The notes below the pieces were generated by a model. It was not told the DNA's origin. It ran no database searches and was given only the letters and a program-made list of their open reading frames with translations. The position numbers were made by a program, and so were the translations under genes. This document shows, piece by piece, positions 27,490 to 32,000 of a stretch of 32,000 nucleotides of DNA (the stretch's first letter is position 1; every line of letters begins with the position of its first letter). The stretch comes from Micrococcus luteus NCTC 2665 (GTDB lineage Bacteria; Actinomycetota; Actinomycetes; Actinomycetales; Micrococcaceae), in contig NC_012803.1 in assembly GCF_000023205.1 (NCBI RefSeq), forward strand, positions 900,001 through 932,000, in the 5' to 3' direction.

Positions 27490-28566
27490 ATGACCGAGAC
27501 CACACGCAGCTCCGCAGACCCCTTGGACATCGCCGTCATCGGCGGCGACGGCATCGGCCCCGAGGTCACCGACCAGGCCGCCGCCGTCCTGCAGGCGGCG
27601 CTGCGTGCCGAGGGACGTCCGGAGGCCCGGCTCACCCCGTATCCGCTGGGTGCGGAGCACTGGCTCGAGACCGGCGAGGCGCTCACGGACGAGGTCCTCG
27701 AGGCCCTGCGCCGCCACGACGCGATCCTGTTCGGGGCCGTCGGCGCCGCGCCCGGGGACGAGCGCATCCCGTCCGGGCTGATCGAGCGCGGCATGCTGCT
27801 CACGCTGCGCTTCGCGCTGGACCACGGCGTCAACCTGCGCCCGGCCACCCTGCTGCCCGGCGCCGTCAGCCCCCTGGCCGCGCCCGGCGAGATCGACTTC
27901 ACCGTGGTGCGCGAGGGCACGGAGGGGCCGTACGTGGGCAACGGCGGTGCGATCCGCGTGGACACCCCGCACGAGATCGCCACGGAGGTCTCCGTGAACA
28001 CGGCGTTCGGCGTGCGCCGCGTCGTCGAGGACGCCTTCCGTCGCGCCGACGCGGGCGAGCGCAAGCGCCTCACGCTCGTGCACAAGCACAACGTGCTGGT
28101 CCACGCCGGCCACCTGTGGCGCCGCACCGTGGAGTCCGTGGCGGCCGACTTCCCCGCGGTCACCTGGGACTACATGCACGTCGACGCCGCCATGATCTTC
28201 CTGGCGACGGACCCGGCCCGCTTCGACGTGATCGTGACGGACAACCTGTTCGGGGACATCATCACGGACCTCGCCGCCGCCGTGACCGGCGGCATCGGGC
28301 TCGCCGCCTCCGGCAACATCAACGTCGAGGGAACGGCGCCGTCGATGTTCGAGCCGGTCCACGGCTCCGCCCCGGACATCGCGGGCCGGGGGGTCGCCGA
28401 CCCCGTGGCCGCCATCCTCTCCGCCGCCCTGCTGCTGGAGCACGTGGGCGAGGCCGGCGCGGCGTCGCGCGTGCGCACCGCCGTGTGGGCGCACCTGAAG
28501 GACCGGGTGGACGGCGCGCGGGGCACCACCGCCGAGGTGGGCGCCGACGTCGTCGCGCGGGTCTGA
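27490..28566 (+). CDS. leuB: 3-isopropylmalate dehydrogenase
   Basis: [31 protein letters not shown], and [25 protein letters not shown] form the isocitrate/isopropylmalate dehydrogenase signature. The start is either ATG 27490 (leaderless spacing) or GTG 27442 (GGAGGG 9 nt upstream). Confidence 0.93.
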   Translation: MTETTRSSADPLDIAVIGGDGIGPEVTDQAAAVLQAALRAEGRPEARLTPYPLGAEHWLETGEALTDEVLEALRRHDAILFGAVGAAPGDERIPSGLIERGMLLTLRFALDHGVNLRPATLLPGAVSPLAAPGEIDFTVVREGTEGPYVGNGGAIRVDTPHEIATEVSVNTAFGVRRVVEDAFRRADAGERKRLTLVHKHNVLVHAGHLWRRTVESVAADFPAVTWDYMHVDAAMIFLATDPARFDVIVTDNLFGDIITDLAAAVTGGIGLAASGNINVEGTAPSMFEPVHGSAPDIAGRGVADPVAAILSAALLLEHVGEAGAASRVRTAVWAHLKDRVDGARGTTAEVGADVVARV

Positions 28567-28585
28567 CGCGCGGGCCCGGCGCGTC
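28565..28585 (+). terminator. 7-bp GC hairpin overlapping the leuB stop
   Basis: GACGCGC-(gggcccg)-GCGCGTC. There is no U-tract, so this is a weak candidate. Confidence 0.3.
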
Positions 28586-28710
28586 GACGCCGGGTCTAGG
28601 ATGGGGCGACGGCCTGTGGCGTGTGCCACGCCCGGCGCCGTGGCCCCCGCGCGTCGTGCCCGGCACCGGAGCCGTCCCATCCGCCACCCGTCACGAGGAG
28701 TGATCCCACC

Positions 28711-29802
28711 GTGTCCGAGACCGTGTTCACGCGGCAACCGCATCTGTCCCCGATGTCCGATCAACAGCGCGTCGAGATCCTCCAGGACCCCGGTTTCGGC
28801 AACGTCTTCACGGACCACATGGTCTCGATCGACTGGACCTGGGACGAGGATGGGGGCGCGTGGCACGACGCCCGCGTGGAGCCCTACGGACCGCTGTCCC
28901 TGGATCCCTCGGCCGCGGTGCTGCACTACGGCCAGGAGATCTTCGAGGGCCTGAAGGCCTACCGGCACGAGGACGGGTCGGTGTGGACGTTCCGTCCCGA
29001 GGCCAACGCGGCCCGCCTGAACCGCTCCGCCCGCCGCCTGGCCCTGCCGGAGCTGCCCGAGGAGCTGTTCCTCGGCTCGCTGCGGGCCCAGCTCGAGGCG
29101 GACCGGGCCTGGGTGCCCACCGGCCCGGGCCAGTCCCTCTACCTGCGCCCCTTCATGTTCGCCTCCGAGGCGTTCCTCGGCGTCCGCCCGGCCCGGCAGG
29201 TGCGGTACATGGTGATCGCCTCCCCGGCCGGCAACTACTTCGGCGGCGAGCTCAAGCCGGTGACCATCTGGGTCTCGCGCGACTTCGCCCGCGCCGGCAA
29301 GGGCGGCACGGGCGCGGCCAAGACCGGCGGCAACTACGCCGCCTCGCTGCTGCCCCAGCTGCAGGCCGCGGCCAAGGGCGCCGACCAGGTCGTGTTCCTC
29401 GACCAGTACCACGACGACGCGATCGAGGAGCTCGGCGGCATGAACGTGTTCTTCGTGCACGCCGACGGCCGGCTCGTCACCCCGGCGCTCACCGGCACGA
29501 TCCTCGAGGGCGTCACCCGCTCCTCGATCCTTCAGCTCGGCCGGGACATGGGCCTGACCGTCGAGGAGCGTCGCGTCACCCTCGCCGAGTGGGCCGAGGG
29601 CGTCCGCTCGGGCGAGATCACCGAGGTCTTCGCGTGCGGCACCGCCGCCGTCGTGACCCCGATCGGCCGCCTGCTCGACGGCGACGACGTGATCGAGTCG
29701 GCCGGCGGGACCGACGTGACCCTCAAGATCCGCGCCGAGCTCGAGGGCATCCAGACCGGGCGCGTCGAGGACCGCCACGGCTGGCTGCACCGCCTCGTCT
29801 GA
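28711..29802 (+). CDS. ilvE: Branched-chain amino acid aminotransferase (class IV, long form)
   Basis: GTG 28711 has GAGGAG 10 nt upstream. Motifs present: FTDHMVSIDW, LHYGQEIFEGLKAYR, RPEANAARLNRSARRLALPEL, GAAKTGGNYAASL, GGMNVFFV and LEGVTRSSI. Confidence 0.94.
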   Translation: MSETVFTRQPHLSPMSDQQRVEILQDPGFGNVFTDHMVSIDWTWDEDGGAWHDARVEPYGPLSLDPSAAVLHYGQEIFEGLKAYRHEDGSVWTFRPEANAARLNRSARRLALPELPEELFLGSLRAQLEADRAWVPTGPGQSLYLRPFMFASEAFLGVRPARQVRYMVIASPAGNYFGGELKPVTIWVSRDFARAGKGGTGAAKTGGNYAASLLPQLQAAAKGADQVVFLDQYHDDAIEELGGMNVFFVHADGRLVTPALTGTILEGVTRSSILQLGRDMGLTVEERRVTLAEWAEGVRSGEITEVFACGTAAVVTPIGRLLDGDDVIESAGGTDVTLKIRAELEGIQTGRVEDRHGWLHRLV

Positions 29803-29827
29803 CCCCACCCCACGAACGGAGACCCCC

Positions 29828-32000
29828 GTGAGCTCGCACCGCTCCACCGCGCCCGCCGAGGGCGCCCCACATCCGGCTCCGCCGCCGGATGACCTCCCGC
29901 CCACCGAGGCCGCCGGCCGGCCCCGCTGGACGCCCGTGAAGATCGCCGTCTGGGTGGCTGTCGCGCTGCTCGGCGGCGTCGCCTGGACCATGCTCGCCCT
30001 GCACCGCGGCGAGACGATCAACGCGATCTGGTTCGTGTTCGCCGCCGTGGCGACGTTCGCAATCGGCTACCGCTTCTACTCGAAGTACGTCGAGCGCATG
30101 ATCGTCCACCCGGACGACACCCGCGCCACCCCGGCCGAGTACCGGGCCGACGGCCGGGACTACGTGGCCACCGACCGACGCGTGCTCTTCGGCCACCACT
30201 TCGCGGCCATCGCCGGCGCCGGTCCGCTCGTGGGCCCCGTGCTCGCCGCGCAGATGGGCTATCTGCCCGGCACCATCTGGATCATCGTCGGCGTGATCCT
30301 GGCCGGCGCGGTCCAGGACTACCTCGTCCTGTTCTTCTCGATGCGCCGCGGCGGCCGCTCGCTGGGCCAGATGGCCCGGGACGAGCTGGGCCGCATCGGG
30401 GGCACCGCCGCGATCGTCGCGACCCTGCTGATCATGGTGATCATCACGGCCATCCTTGCCCTCGTGGTGGTCAACGCCCTGGGCGAGTCCCCGTGGGGCG
30501 TGTTCTCCGTGGCCATGACCATCCCGATCGCACTCTTCATGGGCGCGTACCTGCGCTGGATCCGCCCGGGCCGCATCACCGAGATCTCCGTGATCGGGTT
30601 CGTCCTGCTCCTGGCGGCCATCATCGGCGGCGGCTGGGTCGCCGGGACCGAGTGGGGCGCGGCCCTGTTCACCCTGGACCGCACCACCATCGCCTGGGCC
30701 GTGATCATCTACGGGTTCGTCGCGGCCGTGCTGCCCGTGTGGCTGCTGCTCGCGCCGCGCGACTACCTGTCCACCTTCATGAAGATCGGCGTGATCGCCG
30801 GTCTCGCGCTGGCCATCGTCGTCGTGCAGCCGCGCATCGGCACACCCGCGTTCTCCGAGTTCGCCTCGGGCCAGACCGGCCCGGTGTGGCCCGGTTCGCT
30901 GTTCCCGTTCCTGTTCGTCACCATCGCGTGCGGTGCGCTCTCCGGCTTCCACGCGCTGATCGCCTCGGGCACGACGCCCAAGATGGTGGAGAAGGAGCGA
31001 CAGACCCGCTTCATCGGCTACGGCGGCATGCTCATGGAGGCCTTCGTGGCCATCATGGCGCTCGTGGCCGCCGTCTCGCTCGACCGCGGCATCTACTTCG
31101 CCATGAACTCCCCGGCCGCCCTCACCGGCGGCACCCCGGAGACCGCCGTCGACTTCGTCATGGGCCTCGGCCTGGCCGGGGTGAACCTCGTCCCTGAGGA
31201 CCTGACCCACCTGGCCGACCTCGTGGGCGAGGAGACCGTGGTCTCCCGCACCGGCGGCGCCCCCACCCTCGCGGTCGGCCTGGCGCACATCATGGGCCAG
31301 CTCGTGGGCGGCGACGCGCTCATGGGCTTCTGGTACCACTTCGCGATCATGTTCGAGGCGCTGTTCATCCTCACCGCCGTCGACGCCGGCACCCGCGTGG
31401 CCCGGTTCATGCTGCAGGACTCCCTGGGCAACGTGGTCCCGCGCTTCAGGGACACCTCGTGGCGCGTGGGCGCGTGGGTCTGCACGGCCATCATGGTGGC
31501 CGCCTGGGGCGCCGTGCTGATCATGGGCGTCACCGATCCGCTGGGCGGCATCAACACGCTGTTCCCGCTGTTCGGCATCGCCAACCAGCTGCTCGCGGCG
31601 ATCGCGCTCGCCGTCGTCCTGACGATCGTCGCGCGCCGCCGGGACTTCCGGGGCCTGTGGATTGTGGCGCTGCCGCTGGCGTTCATCACGGTGGTCACCA
31701 CCGTGGCGTCGTTCCAGAAGATCTTCTCCTCCGTCCCGGCGGTGGGCTACTGGGCGCAGCATCGCGCGTTCCAGGACGCGCTGGCGGCGGGGAAGACGAG
31801 CTTCGGCGCCGCGAAGTCCGTGCCGGCCATGGAGGCCGTGGTCCGGAACACGGCCATCCAGGGCACGCTCTCCATCGTCTTCCTGGTGCTGGCGCTGATC
31901 GTCATCACGACGTCGGTGCTCGCCACGGTGCGCGCCTTCCGCGGCACCGAGGTCATCGACCACCAGGACCCGTACGTGCCCTCGCGGCGCTTCGCCCCGG
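29828..32000 (+). CDS. cstA: Carbon starvation protein A (peptide/pyruvate transporter family), 3' end beyond the window
   Basis: This gene is absent from the ORF track because the frame stays open to the window edge. GTG 29828 has GGAG 7 nt upstream. Motifs present: FAIGYRFYSKYV, VLFGHHFAAIAGAGPLVGPVLAAQMGYLPG, ACGALSGFHALIASGTTPKM, GYGGMLMEAFVAIMAL and LFPLFGIANQLLA. Track ORF 29723..31963 on the minus strand is its shadow. Confidence 0.93.
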   Translation, partial: MSSHRSTAPAEGAPHPAPPPDDLPPTEAAGRPRWTPVKIAVWVAVALLGGVAWTMLALHRGETINAIWFVFAAVATFAIGYRFYSKYVERMIVHPDDTRATPAEYRADGRDYVATDRRVLFGHHFAAIAGAGPLVGPVLAAQMGYLPGTIWIIVGVILAGAVQDYLVLFFSMRRGGRSLGQMARDELGRIGGTAAIVATLLIMVIITAILALVVVNALGESPWGVFSVAMTIPIALFMGAYLRWIRPGRITEISVIGFVLLLAAIIGGGWVAGTEWGAALFTLDRTTIAWAVIIYGFVAAVLPVWLLLAPRDYLSTFMKIGVIAGLALAIVVVQPRIGTPAFSEFASGQTGPVWPGSLFPFLFVTIACGALSGFHALIASGTTPKMVEKERQTRFIGYGGMLMEAFVAIMALVAAVSLDRGIYFAMNSPAALTGGTPETAVDFVMGLGLAGVNLVPEDLTHLADLVGEETVVSRTGGAPTLAVGLAHIMGQLVGGDALMGFWYHFAIMFEALFILTAVDAGTRVARFMLQDSLGNVVPRFRDTSWRVGAWVCTAIMVAAWGAVLIMGVTDPLGGINTLFPLFGIANQLLAAIALAVVLTIVARRRDFRGLWIVALPLAFITVVTTVASFQKIFSSVPAVGYWAQHRAFQDALAAGKTSFGAAKSVPAMEAVVRNTAIQGTLSIVFLVLALIVITTSVLATVRAFRGTEVIDHQDPYVPSRRFAP

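Noticed and set aside
28618-28632. Hairpin GGCGTG-tgc-CACGCC in the leuB-ilvE spacer.
   Set aside because: The 6-bp stem has a 3-nt loop, is of marginal stability and has no associated signal. It cannot be distinguished from chance.

Overview
This is a very GC-rich window in which third codon positions are almost all G/C. It has the gene content and synteny of an Actinomycetota chromosome, probably Micrococcales, though that placement is inference only. It reads as core genome, not an accessory island. I see no integrase, transposase, CRISPR array, phage gene or recognisable defence-system hallmark, and no compositional break.

Gene order:
- rph (5' partial), rdgB and a DEDDh-exonuclease/BRCT fusion, chained by GTGA overlaps.
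- A convergent DraG-type ADP-ribosylglycohydrolase, transcribed divergently from sbcD-sbcC.
- On the minus strand: mqo followed 7 nt later by an RND pump, an orphan Tat-lipoprotein family-5 solute-binding protein, tRNA-Leu(UAG), bcp, tRNA-Lys(CUU) and an acidic hypothetical protein.
- On the plus strand: ilvD, a collapsed nagB remnant, nagA, ilvBNC, serA, a 6-TM membrane protein overlapping metG, leuB, ilvE and cstA (3' partial, missing from the ORF track because it runs off the window).

Most very long Arg/Pro/Gly-rich ORFs in the track are GC-driven shadow frames.

Points worth a second look:
1. A tight nucleic-acid-processing neighbourhood: exonuclease-BRCT, ADP-ribosylglycohydrolase and SbcDC.
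2. A 52-codon in-frame remnant of nagB that keeps a strong SD sequence.
3. TANNNT hexamers 6-7 nt upstream of six start codons, implying leaderless transcripts and revised starts.
4. A GTCAC-core dyad motif upstream of ilvD, ilvB, leuB and ilvE.
5. A roughly 290-nt ilvB leader containing the only AT-rich patch in the window.

I found no convincing evidence of a wholly new multi-gene system. The candidates are reported with modest interest scores.
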